Source: a virus (taxonomy: Duplodnaviria > Caudoviricetes). Taken from it: a DNA stretch of 54,717 nt. Shown here in pieces: positions 38,351 to 45,297 of the stretch. The notes below the pieces were generated by a model. The model did not search any database. It saw only the letters and a program-made list of their open reading frames with translations, and was not told the origin of the DNA. Both the position numbers and the translations under genes were made by a program. Position 1 is the first letter of the stretch; each line of letters opens with the position of its first letter. Location: the IMG/VR virus record IMGVR_UViG_3300043570_000565, positions 1 to 54,717 of that record. One strand, written 5' to 3'.

Positions 38351-38571
38351 ATGCTGATTAGTTTAGGTGTTGTGTATGAATAGAATTGATTCTCTGGATA
38401 GGCATCCACTAGGGCATCGATGATCGTATCGTTCGTGTACTCCTCACCATGCTCTCGCTCCCGATTAACTATGGGCTCAATCACTTTCTTAATTTGAATC
38501 TCATTCAAGTCTGTGAGGATCACAAAGTTCTCCTCATCATAGGCAGTTGTGTTAATCTCGTATGCTTTCAT
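38347..38571 (-). CDS. Early protein, paralogue of 37365..37586
   Basis: Shares the motif described for 37365..37586. Confidence 0.65.
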   Translation of the reverse strand: MKAYEINTTAYDEENFVILTDLNEIQIKKVIEPIVNREREHGEEYTNDTIIDALVDAYPENQFYSYTTPKLISI

Positions 38572-38737
38572 TTTGTGTTTCGTATAATGCTTCTACTTGT
38601 ATGTCATCCACAAGGATGTGATAACCTTCTATTGTTACAAATAACCAACCCTCTTCTGCATGGGCGTCAATACCTTTTGAGATTAAATAATCCCTTGCTA
38701 ATTCTACAACTTCATCTTCAAATACTTTCTTTCTCAT
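38552..38737 (-). CDS. Hypothetical early protein
   Basis: 61-aa acidic ORF. Confidence 0.55.
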   Translation of the reverse strand: MRKKVFEDEVVELARDYLISKGIDAHAEEGWLFVTIEGYHILVDDIQVEALYETQNESIRD

Positions 38738-38738
38738 A

Positions 38739-38975
38739 TCAACAAGTCATTAGGTGTCCCATTCTATCCCAATTCCTACTCTCTGTAGGTGTTGCCTTGT
38801 GTAGTGTATCGTAGTTAACTACACCACTAGGAAACTGCCTCTTGAGTTCTGATTTAAACTCCACCAGATCCTTTGCCCAGATGTCGTTCCATCCACCACC
38901 TACCCAATTGAATAGGTATCTGTACTGCCCTCTTGAATTCTTCAGTAGGCTTTCTCTTTTGATTGTCTTTCTCAT
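38739..38975 (-). CDS. Hypothetical early protein
   Basis: 78 aa containing YLFNWVGGGWNDIWA. Confidence 0.65.
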   Translation of the reverse strand: MRKTIKRESLLKNSRGQYRYLFNWVGGGWNDIWAKDLVEFKSELKRQFPSGVVNYDTLHKATPTESRNWDRMGHLMTC

Positions 38976-38980
38976 AGTTT

Positions 38981-39265
38981 TTAATAAGTTGTCATTGAAC
39001 TTATATAATCCTCATTATTTCTTAATGCATTTCTACATTCACTTTGTAACTCTGAATCCAGAATTTGAATCCCTCTGAATGTACCTAGTCTACCACCATA
39101 GGTTGATATACTTATCAAAGTTTTATTTTCTTTGGCGTACTCCTGCACATCATCTGTGAGATCCTTGAATACATCGTATGCTCGAATCACTCCCACTTGC
39201 CCGTACCTATCTACACTACACTCTCTGTAGTACTCTACTAATTTTTCTCTGATTAAATTTTCCAT
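38981..39265 (-). CDS. Hypothetical early protein
   Basis: 94-aa ORF with AAAACTATG start context. Confidence 0.65.
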   Translation of the reverse strand: MENLIREKLVEYYRECSVDRYGQVGVIRAYDVFKDLTDDVQEYAKENKTLISISTYGGRLGTFRGIQILDSELQSECRNALRNNEDYISSMTTY

Positions 39266-39269
39266 AGTT

Positions 39270-39404
39270 TTATTCTTCTATATCTGCTTTGATTACCCAG
39301 TTATCTAAATCACCCACATTTGGATGCTGATTTTTAAATTCTTCAAGAATTAAAAGGTATAATTCTTCACTGATTAGGTCGATGTTTAATTCAATTGTCT
39401 TCAT
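39270..39404 (-). CDS. Hypothetical 44-aa acidic protein
   Basis: MKTIELNIDLISEELYLL...; fills the gap between neighbouring genes. Confidence 0.5.
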   Translation of the reverse strand: MKTIELNIDLISEELYLLILEEFKNQHPNVGDLDNWVIKADIEE

Positions 39405-39406
39405 AG

Positions 39407-39556
39407 TTATATTATTTTAGTTCCAATTACCTTAACTCTATTCTGATTCTTGTCCATCCATGACAGCCAATTGTCTAGATGTTTGTCATCTTTGAACTCC
39501 TTGGTTTGACTGAATGTCCCTCCGTAGATTCCTCTCATGTGTATTACTGCTTTCAT
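39407..39556 (-). CDS. Hypothetical 49-aa protein
   Basis: Likely start MKAVIH with ATGA overlap. Confidence 0.55.
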   Translation of the reverse strand: MKAVIHMRGIYGGTFSQTKEFKDDKHLDNWLSWMDKNQNRVKVIGTKII

Positions 39557-39720
39557 AACTTTTCTTTTATTGTGTTGTATAATAAATCTAAACCATACCT
39601 TGTCAATCCATTTGTCTTGAATGGATATGCAATCCATAAATCTTCAGAGGAAATAATTCTATTCTGAGTTGTTAAAATTTGCACAATCCAATCATAGGAT
39701 TCGCTTAATCTTTTGTCCAT
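39553..39720 (-). CDS. Hypothetical 55-aa protein
   Basis: MDKRLSESYDWIVQ...; fills the gap between neighbouring genes. Confidence 0.5.
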   Translation of the reverse strand: MDKRLSESYDWIVQILTTQNRIISSEDLWIAYPFKTNGLTRYGLDLLYNTIKEKL

Positions 39721-39724
39721 AGTA

Positions 39725-40432
39725 TTAGTGTTCTAAGATTTGAATATTTGTTTTACCTTTTCTCATTCCGCTACATAGTCCACATTTCTCACATGTAGAT
39801 TTGTATCCCATTTCTTTACTGGCAGGACATTGGACTGCATTTTCAATCTTATTTTTTACTGCCATGAATGACCTGTATCCTAGTTTTTTAGCCATTTCTG
39901 ATTGGCCATCACTATGTGTACTTGCCATGAAGTACTTATGGTACTCAGGCTTTCTTGCCCATTGATGCGTGTATCCTGTATGTGATTTGGATAGACCAAT
40001 CATGTTGGATACCATGTCAATTGGAATCAAAGATGGCTCACCATATGTACCAAATCTGATGTACCTATCTTTGGACATCTTCATGACCTTTGTCCAGACA
40101 TCATCCAAGCTAGGGATTTCTTTGTCTTTGAACTCCTTTACCAGACTTTTAAACATGGAACAGAATCCTGCATACTGCTCGTACTTATGTGTATAGCATT
40201 TCAGATATCCTCTGAATGGGCAGTCAAAACAGACTGCATCCGCTAGGTCAAAGAACTCTTTAGGAATCATCTTCTCACCATTGGAATACTTTTTACTGGC
40301 GTACTCCAATTGTGATTTGCTGAATGAATAAACTTGCAAGATTTTTTCTTTGCCAGATGTTATCTTGCCATTGGTACTTTTGTCCAATCGGAATACAATA
40401 ATTGCATCCTTGATTTGTGCAGTTACTCTCAT
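39725..40432 (-). CDS. Cys-rich phage Gp88-like / radical-SAM-like protein
   Basis: CFDCP...CY, IRFGTYGEP, TGYTHQW, FMAS and CPA...TCEKCGLC motifs. Confidence 0.55.
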   Translation of the reverse strand: MRVTAQIKDAIIVFRLDKSTNGKITSGKEKILQVYSFSKSQLEYASKKYSNGEKMIPKEFFDLADAVCFDCPFRGYLKCYTHKYEQYAGFCSMFKSLVKEFKDKEIPSLDDVWTKVMKMSKDRYIRFGTYGEPSLIPIDMVSNMIGLSKSHTGYTHQWARKPEYHKYFMASTHSDGQSEMAKKLGYRSFMAVKNKIENAVQCPASKEMGYKSTCEKCGLCSGMRKGKTNIQILEH

Positions 40433-40453
40433 TTTTTTTGGGGTTTAAGTTTG

Positions 40454-40497
40454 AGACCATGGCAGAAATCGAATCTGCCTGTACTCCAAGATGGTCT
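40454..40497 (-). ncRNA. Minimal tRNA-like element (acceptor stem plus T arm)
   Basis: AGACCAT-CTTGGAGTACA-GGCAGA-TTCGATT-TCTGCC-ATGGTCT; canonical T-loop; intergenic. Confidence 0.6.
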
Positions 40498-40708
40498 AGA
40501 TATTATTTTGGTAGCAAAAGTTATCAAAGTATGCATCCTCGTTTGCTTTGATGTGAGCGAAAGTCTGGTTTGCTTCCTTTCTATCTCTGTATGCTTTTGA
40601 TGATTCGCAGTATGCTTTGCCATCGTAGTAGATGGATTCACCTTTGCCAATTACCTTGCCTGTCTCGGCACAATTGCTTTTGAATCTAGATGTAATAAAT
40701 CGTCCCAT
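40496..40708 (-). CDS. Small protein with Zn-finger-like Cys pattern
   Basis: SNCAETGKVIGKGESIYY...YCE. Confidence 0.6.
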   Translation of the reverse strand: MGRFITSRFKSNCAETGKVIGKGESIYYDGKAYCESSKAYRDRKEANQTFAHIKANEDAYFDNFCYQNNI

Positions 40709-40709
40709 G

Positions 40710-40868
40710 TTATTTCCAAATTTTAGTTAGTATTACAATTGAGAATGCTACATAAACTTTCATTATCAATAGTACTACAGCATCGTCTATTGATATTATC
40801 CATAATGCTCCCATTACCCATAGGTAAGCAATTAAAAAATTCGATAAGTAATTATATGCTTTTGTCAT
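40710..40868 (-). CDS. 52-aa 2-TM membrane peptide
   Basis: MTKAYNYLSNFLIAYLWVMGALWIISIDDAVVLLIMKVYVAFSIVILTKIWK. Confidence 0.55.
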   Translation of the reverse strand: MTKAYNYLSNFLIAYLWVMGALWIISIDDAVVLLIMKVYVAFSIVILTKIWK

Positions 40869-40870
40869 TT

Positions 40871-40960
40871 TTATAGTAGTTTAAGTCCAAGCATGTATCC
40901 AAGTATAAATATTGGGAGTAATGCCACAATCGTGTAGATAATTAATCCTAATGTTCTCAT
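40871..40960 (-). CDS. 29-aa single-TM peptide
   Basis: MRTLGLIIYTIVALLPIFILGYMLGLKLL. Confidence 0.55.
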   Translation of the reverse strand: MRTLGLIIYTIVALLPIFILGYMLGLKLL

Positions 40961-40961
40961 G

Positions 40962-41081
40962 TTAGTAGGTGTTTGATATGTAGAAACTTTTTTCCAATTG
41001 TACTCCATAAAGAAGTCCAATTACTATGATTACTACCATTATCCCAATGGCAAGTAGTGTTCCTTTTGTGTTGCTGTTCAT
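40962..41081 (-). CDS. 39-aa single-TM peptide
   Basis: MNSNTKGTLLAIGIMVVIIVIGLLYGVQLEKSFYISNTY; A-rich start context. Confidence 0.55.
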   Translation of the reverse strand: MNSNTKGTLLAIGIMVVIIVIGLLYGVQLEKSFYISNTY

Positions 41082-41108
41082 CTTGTTTTAGTTTAGGGTT
41101 AAAGTTTG

Positions 41109-41149
41109 TTCCATGTCGCAATCGAATGCCACATCCTAGATGCATGGAA
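41109..41149 (-). ncRNA. Second minimal tRNA-like element
   Basis: TTCCATG-CATCTAGGATG-TGGCA-TTCGAT-TGCGA-CATGGAA; followed by CAAACTT like the 40454 element. Confidence 0.5.
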
Positions 41150-41163
41150 TGTATACTATTTTC

Positions 41164-41409
41164 TTACCAGTCTATTTCAATCATTACTTTCTCCAACAAT
41201 CTAGATGGCTTGATGTCATTCTCTAAGCATAGGTTGAATACAAATAGTAAGCAATCTACCTTCTTTTTTGGTGCTTCTGGGAATACTTCTCTGAATTTTG
41301 TGAATGGGTTATAGTTACCCAAATTGGTATTGTACTTGTAGTTCATTACCATTTCTCCTTGAATTGCAGTAAACCATAATGCGTTCACTTCTTTTTGTAC
41401 TAATGCCAT
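41164..41409 (-). CDS. Early protein (81 aa)
   Basis: Likely start MALVQKEV at 41409, after AAAAAACACAAAACT. Confidence 0.65.
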   Translation of the reverse strand: MALVQKEVNALWFTAIQGEMVMNYKYNTNLGNYNPFTKFREVFPEAPKKKVDCLLFVFNLCLENDIKPSRLLEKVMIEIDW

Positions 41410-41424
41410 AGTTTTGTGTTTTTT

Positions 41425-41478
41425 GGTTAAGACCAATCCGTAGATTGGTTTCGTCTATTCAAGACTCGTCAGTTAACC
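41425..41478 (-). ncRNA. Hammerhead ribozyme, type I
   Basis: GGUUAA-CUGACGA-GUCU(UGAAU)AGAC-GAAA-CCAAUC(UACG)GAUUGG-UC-UUAACC. All core nucleotides and three stems are present; GUC cleavage site at 41431/41430. Confidence 0.9.
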
Positions 41479-41721
41479 TTTGATCGCTTCCAATATTTCT
41501 TCCAATTGGGATCTCATTGATGTAGCATTACCTTGGATTCCAAAGTAGTTTTTAACATCTGAGATCTTCCATCTGCTATGTGGTTTCATTCCAAACTCAT
41601 AAAGTTTTAGATCCCTTATTGATACAATTAAATTGTACCATCCTCTATTCGTTCCATTGGTCTCCTTAATAAGATCAGCATAGAATTGGCTTTGTCCGTT
41701 GATAATTTGCTTGGTGTTCAT
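41473..41721 (-). CDS. First early gene, hypothetical protein
   Basis: 82 aa; first ORF of the minus-strand operon. Confidence 0.7.
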   Translation of the reverse strand: MNTKQIINGQSQFYADLIKETNGTNRGWYNLIVSIRDLKLYEFGMKPHSRWKISDVKNYFGIQGNATSMRSQLEEILEAIKG

Positions 41722-41934
41722 AGTGTATGTTGTTTTAGTGGTTTTGCTTATTGCATGTACAATATTAAATCATTTCTAGTTCATAATCTAATACTCGTTC
41801 AATTTATTTTCATTATTGAATAACATTTTATGTAAGTGATTGATAATCAGCGACATTAATTTTATTGTGGATCTTATATATTATTTGTTCGTACAATCTG
41901 GGTGATGGGGATAAAGCAAAAGATCATGGCATGT

Positions 41935-41977
41935 GATCTCCTGGTGTTGGATCTCCTGGGGATGATCTCCTGGGGAT
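41935..41977 (+). repeat. Three direct copies of GATCTCCTGG
   Basis: Copies at 41935, 41950 and 41964; GATCTCCTGGGGAT occurs twice in tandem. Confidence 0.85.
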
Positions 41978-42239
41978 CTTTCTCTATGCATTGACTATGA
42001 GTCAAGTTTATCTGGAAGGAATGTAGCTAGGTAGATCATGGAAGGAAGGATAAGCTAGGGCATAGGTGTTCGCAATGGCTGGCCATGGCCATGTCATGCA
42101 GTCCCTAGCAAAAAGCCAAAAAATCCGAGGGGATCGGAGATCATGCCTACCCCCCATGCCGAAAAAAAAATCGTTTCCGGTTCGGGCCGGCTGTCGTAAT
42201 TTGGTGGTATTACCCAACCACTCCTATCATCTAAAGTAT

Positions 42240-42247
42240 TATATTTG
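42240..42247 (+). promoter_or_regulatory. -7 box (TATATTTG)
   Basis: Matches TAnnTTTG. Confidence 0.65.
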
Positions 42248-42250
42248 TGC

Positions 42251-42448
42251 ATGATTGATGGACTAACAATGAAGAACGGTCGTTTGATAAATGATCGTCC
42301 TAACAGCGTAACAGGAATTCAAAAGGCTATCGATATTAAGAGAACCTTGAAGAAAGCAGAGAAGCTTGAGATGTATTCTGAAGCTGTGTCGCTAGGTATT
42401 CAGAGAGCAGGCAATGACGATAACATCAGAGGGATGTTCTTGAAGTAG
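42251..42448 (+). CDS. Hypothetical protein
   Basis: ATG at 42251 just after TATATTTG; followed by a terminator. Confidence 0.6.
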   Translation: MIDGLTMKNGRLINDRPNSVTGIQKAIDIKRTLKKAEKLEMYSEAVSLGIQRAGNDDNIRGMFLK

Positions 42449-42470
42449 TAGCTTTTTGAGTTTATTGGAG

Positions 42471-42498
42471 AGAGGGATTTTATGGTCCCTCTTTTTTT
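42471..42498 (+). terminator. Rho-independent terminator
   Basis: AGAGGGATT-TTAT-GGTCCCTCT followed by a T run. Confidence 0.75.
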
Positions 42499-42549
42499 GT
42501 ACCCCTCATGCCAGATAAACTGTCATGGACTGTACGAAATTATGTCGTG

Positions 42550-42655
42550 TAACTAGCTGATATCTAGAGTCCTGTCGATTATGTTGATTTTTAAAATGAG
42601 TTGTAGTGAGAAAAATATAAAAGAGAGATATTAATATATATATATATATAGGGAA
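42550..42655. repeat. Origin-like element, copy 2
   Basis: Same motifs and spacing as 33715-33819. Confidence 0.7.
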
Positions 42656-42694
42656 GAAGAAGTTTGTCATTCAATTTGATATTCCATTTTTCAT

Positions 42695-42702
42695 TATCTT
42701 TG
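42695..42702 (+). promoter_or_regulatory. -7 box (TATCTTTG)
   Basis: Matches TAnnTTTG. Confidence 0.65.
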
Positions 42703-42728
42703 TCTGAACAAACTAAACAAACAAAAAA

Positions 42729-43019
42729 ATGGAGAAATTTTTAAGTATCCCCGTAACCGACCAGCAGAATCAATTGCTTTCTGCAACAGGTATTGTATTA
42801 ATTTCGCAAGCGTCAACAACTACTGTGACTGTGAACTACAAGTCAAGCACAGGTACTGATGTTGTAACAATTACTCACGCTACAGCTGGTGCTGGTGACG
42901 AGAGTATGCGTGACGCTATTCAGGCTGCTGTTGTCAGTGCATTGACTACATCATGGACGTATGTAGCATTTCAGGTTGAGAACCTACCGTTTGCGGTGTC
43001 AGGTATTGCAATTGCATAA
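42729..43019 (+). CDS. Small beta-rich protein, possibly a virion component
   Basis: 96 aa, Thr/Ala-rich; has its own promoter and terminator. Confidence 0.65.
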   Translation: MEKFLSIPVTDQQNQLLSATGIVLISQASTTTVTVNYKSSTGTDVVTITHATAGAGDESMRDAIQAAVVSALTTSWTYVAFQVENLPFAVSGIAIA

Positions 43020-43040
43020 TATTCCTGAGCTTATTGAAAG

Positions 43041-43068
43041 GGCCATTCTTCGGGATGGCTTTTTTTTT
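43041..43068 (+). terminator. Rho-independent terminator with cUUCGg tetraloop
   Basis: GGCCATTC-TTCG-GGATGGCT followed by a T run. Confidence 0.85.
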
Positions 43069-43083
43069 GTAAAAATTATTTTA

Positions 43084-43091
43084 TAGATTTG
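43084..43091 (+). promoter_or_regulatory. -7 box (TAGATTTG), groEL
   Basis: Matches TAnnTTTG after a terminator. Confidence 0.65.
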
Positions 43092-43107
43092 GTAAAATTT
43101 AATTCAA

Positions 43108-44709
43108 ATGGAACCTAAAGATTTATTTTTCGCCCAGGAGGGCAGGCTAAAGTTAATCTCTGGCATCAAGAAGATTGCTGGAGCGGTCAAGAGTACGTTG
43201 GGGCCATATGGCAACACAGTACTAATTGAGAGTCCTAATCACACGCATGGTATTACTGTAACTAAGGATGGGGTGACTGTCGCTAAGGCTGTTGACCTGA
43301 TTGACCCTGTGGAGAACCTTGCTGTGAAGATGATGAAGGAGGCGGCTGATAGAACGGCTACTGCTGCTGGTGATGGCACGACTACTGCCATAGTGTTGAC
43401 AGAGGGGTTGGTGCTTGGATGGTTGGAGCACATTGGCACTGAGCAGTTAAATAACACTGAGGTGCTGCGCAACATATCTGAGCTGAGTTCAAAAGTGATT
43501 GAGGGGTTGAAGAGGAAGGGCAAGAAGGTGACTAACTCAATGCTGCTTGACGTAGCGACTATCTCTGCGAACAATGACAGTCACATAGGTCGGATCATTG
43601 CTGATGTGTACAAGGAGGTGGGGAAGAATGGCATAGTAACGGTGGAGCGAAGCCAGACTGCTGACACGTATGCTGAGACCACTAGAGGGTTAAAGATTGA
43701 CAGGGGTTACACAAGCCCACTGTTCATCAACGATCAGAGTAGGGACGAGTGCGTGTTTGAGGATGTGCTGGTGCTGGTGGCTGACATTGAGATAAGTAAT
43801 GTGTTGCAGATTGAGAACGTGCTGAAGCCAATCATCCAGGAGGGGAAGAAGCTACTGATCGTATCGCCATGCCACGTGAACGTGGTGAACACCTTGGCGG
43901 CAAACGTGATGAAGAGTAACCTAAAGATGTGCGTGGTTCAACCACCTAGCTTCGGGTACCGACAGCATGAGCTGATGCAGGACCTGGCGGTGAGTGTTGG
44001 GGCAACATACTTCAGTGAGAAGACCGGGGATGACCTGAGTCAAATTACTATTGCTGACCTAGGGCATGCAGCCAGAGTAGTGGTTGGCAAGGACAAGACC
44101 ATCATACTCAAGAGTGACCTCAAGCTCGACACAGTAAAGATTGAAGAGAGGGTACAGCAGCTATGGCAGGCGCATAAGATTGCTAAGAAGAAGGCTGACA
44201 AGGACCATCTGTTGGAGCGAATCGCCTCCCTTACGGGAGGGATAGGTGTGATATACGTAGGTGGGCAGACTGACCTGGAGCAGAAGGAGCTGTACGACCG
44301 TGTTGATGATGCGGTGTGTGCGGTACGATCCGCTCTGGAGGAGGGCATACTACCAGGTGCAGGCAAGGCATTGCTTGACGAGAGTGCAGCACTCATTCCT
44401 ACTGGCAGCTTTCACTATAGCCCTGAGCTGAGTGTGGCGATTAAGATCCTATCCAATGCGATGATGGCACCATTCCAGCAGATCCTAGCAAACGCTGGGC
44501 TCAAGCCTAGTGACGTGTACAAGGAGGCGATGCCTGTGGGGCATGGGTACAACCTAAAGACTGGACAGATGGGTGACCTGATTAAGATGGGTGTGATTGA
44601 CCCGTTGAAGGTGACACGCAGTGCGTTGCAGAACGCTGTGAGTGTAGCGACAACTATATTGAGCACTAACGCCATCATAACTATGGCACGATCATACGAG
44701 ACCAGATAA
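43108..44709 (+). CDS. groEL: Chaperonin GroEL (phage-encoded)
   Basis: TLGPYG, TKDGVTVAK, AGDGTTTA, DRGY, ALEEGILPGAG and GVIDPLKVTRSALQNA motifs; no GGM tail. Confidence 0.95.
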   Translation: MEPKDLFFAQEGRLKLISGIKKIAGAVKSTLGPYGNTVLIESPNHTHGITVTKDGVTVAKAVDLIDPVENLAVKMMKEAADRTATAAGDGTTTAIVLTEGLVLGWLEHIGTEQLNNTEVLRNISELSSKVIEGLKRKGKKVTNSMLLDVATISANNDSHIGRIIADVYKEVGKNGIVTVERSQTADTYAETTRGLKIDRGYTSPLFINDQSRDECVFEDVLVLVADIEISNVLQIENVLKPIIQEGKKLLIVSPCHVNVVNTLAANVMKSNLKMCVVQPPSFGYRQHELMQDLAVSVGATYFSEKTGDDLSQITIADLGHAARVVVGKDKTIILKSDLKLDTVKIEERVQQLWQAHKIAKKKADKDHLLERIASLTGGIGVIYVGGQTDLEQKELYDRVDDAVCAVRSALEEGILPGAGKALLDESAALIPTGSFHYSPELSVAIKILSNAMMAPFQQILANAGLKPSDVYKEAMPVGHGYNLKTGQMGDLIKMGVIDPLKVTRSALQNAVSVATTILSTNAIITMARSYETR

Positions 44710-44712
44710 TAT

Positions 44713-44955
44713 ATGGAGACAATACTAAACCCATTTGGCTACGGCCAAGCGACAAAAGTCGTTGACGAGAACCGAAAGACCGCTGAGATGTGGCTAGAGT
44801 ATTTTGGCCTACACCAAGTGTTAGTTGAAAATGAATTCTATGTGCTGTTCGAGGGGGGCCTGCTAGTGAAGAAGGGTCGGTCTAAGTTCAGTACAAGCCA
44901 GTACCTCAAGGGCGAGCGGTTCAAAAATTTCATAGGGCACTATGAGACCGCTTAA
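44713..44955 (+). CDS. Hypothetical protein
   Basis: 80-aa ORF following groEL. Confidence 0.6.
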   Translation: METILNPFGYGQATKVVDENRKTAEMWLEYFGLHQVLVENEFYVLFEGGLLVKKGRSKFSTSQYLKGERFKNFIGHYETA

Positions 44956-45037
44956 GAGCTGGGCGATTATTGTGGGCCTAGCGATAGTGTTCGCATTGCT
45001 AGTGATATGGTGGTATGAGACTAATAAATTAAATTAA
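44942..45037 (+). CDS. 31-aa single-TM peptide
   Basis: MRPLKSWAIIVGLAIVFALLVIWWYETNKLN; fills the gap between neighbours. Confidence 0.45.
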   Translation: MRPLKSWAIIVGLAIVFALLVIWWYETNKLN

Positions 45038-45038
45038 G

Positions 45039-45296
45039 ATGGAGGCACCATTTGCAATTAAGGTAGGCGAGGTACTGGAGCAGATTGAGCGTATGCTCAT
45101 TGAGAAGAACCGCAGGTACGGCAACTCAGCACTAGAGCCGATTGGTGTGTTCAGTCAGTTGTCCGCAAAAGAAGGACTACTGATCAGAATAGATGACAAG
45201 CTTAAGCGAATCAAGAACGGCAGCCTTGAGAAGGATGATGAGGACGTGGTGAACGACCTGATTGGGTACCTAGTGCTGTTAAAAATTCATGCATAA
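45039..45296 (+). CDS. Nucleotide modification associated domain 1 (DUF1599-like) protein
   Basis: KNRRYGNS...RIDDKLKRI...DLIGYLVL. Confidence 0.65.
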   Translation: MEAPFAIKVGEVLEQIERMLIEKNRRYGNSALEPIGVFSQLSAKEGLLIRIDDKLKRIKNGSLEKDDEDVVNDLIGYLVLLKIHA

Positions 45297-45297
45297 C

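Noticed and set aside
41410-41436. N-terminal extension MVLTKKHKT of ORF 41164..41436
   Set aside because: The TTG start lies inside hammerhead stem III; ATG 41409 has the typical A-rich context.
41935-41977. CRISPR-like repeat
   Set aside because: 10-14-bp units with 0-5-nt gaps are too short for repeat-spacer structure.
42008-42254. ORFs 42008..42217 (-) and 42066..42254 (+)
   Set aside because: Atypical composition and start context within the repeat-rich terminus-like region; probably spurious.
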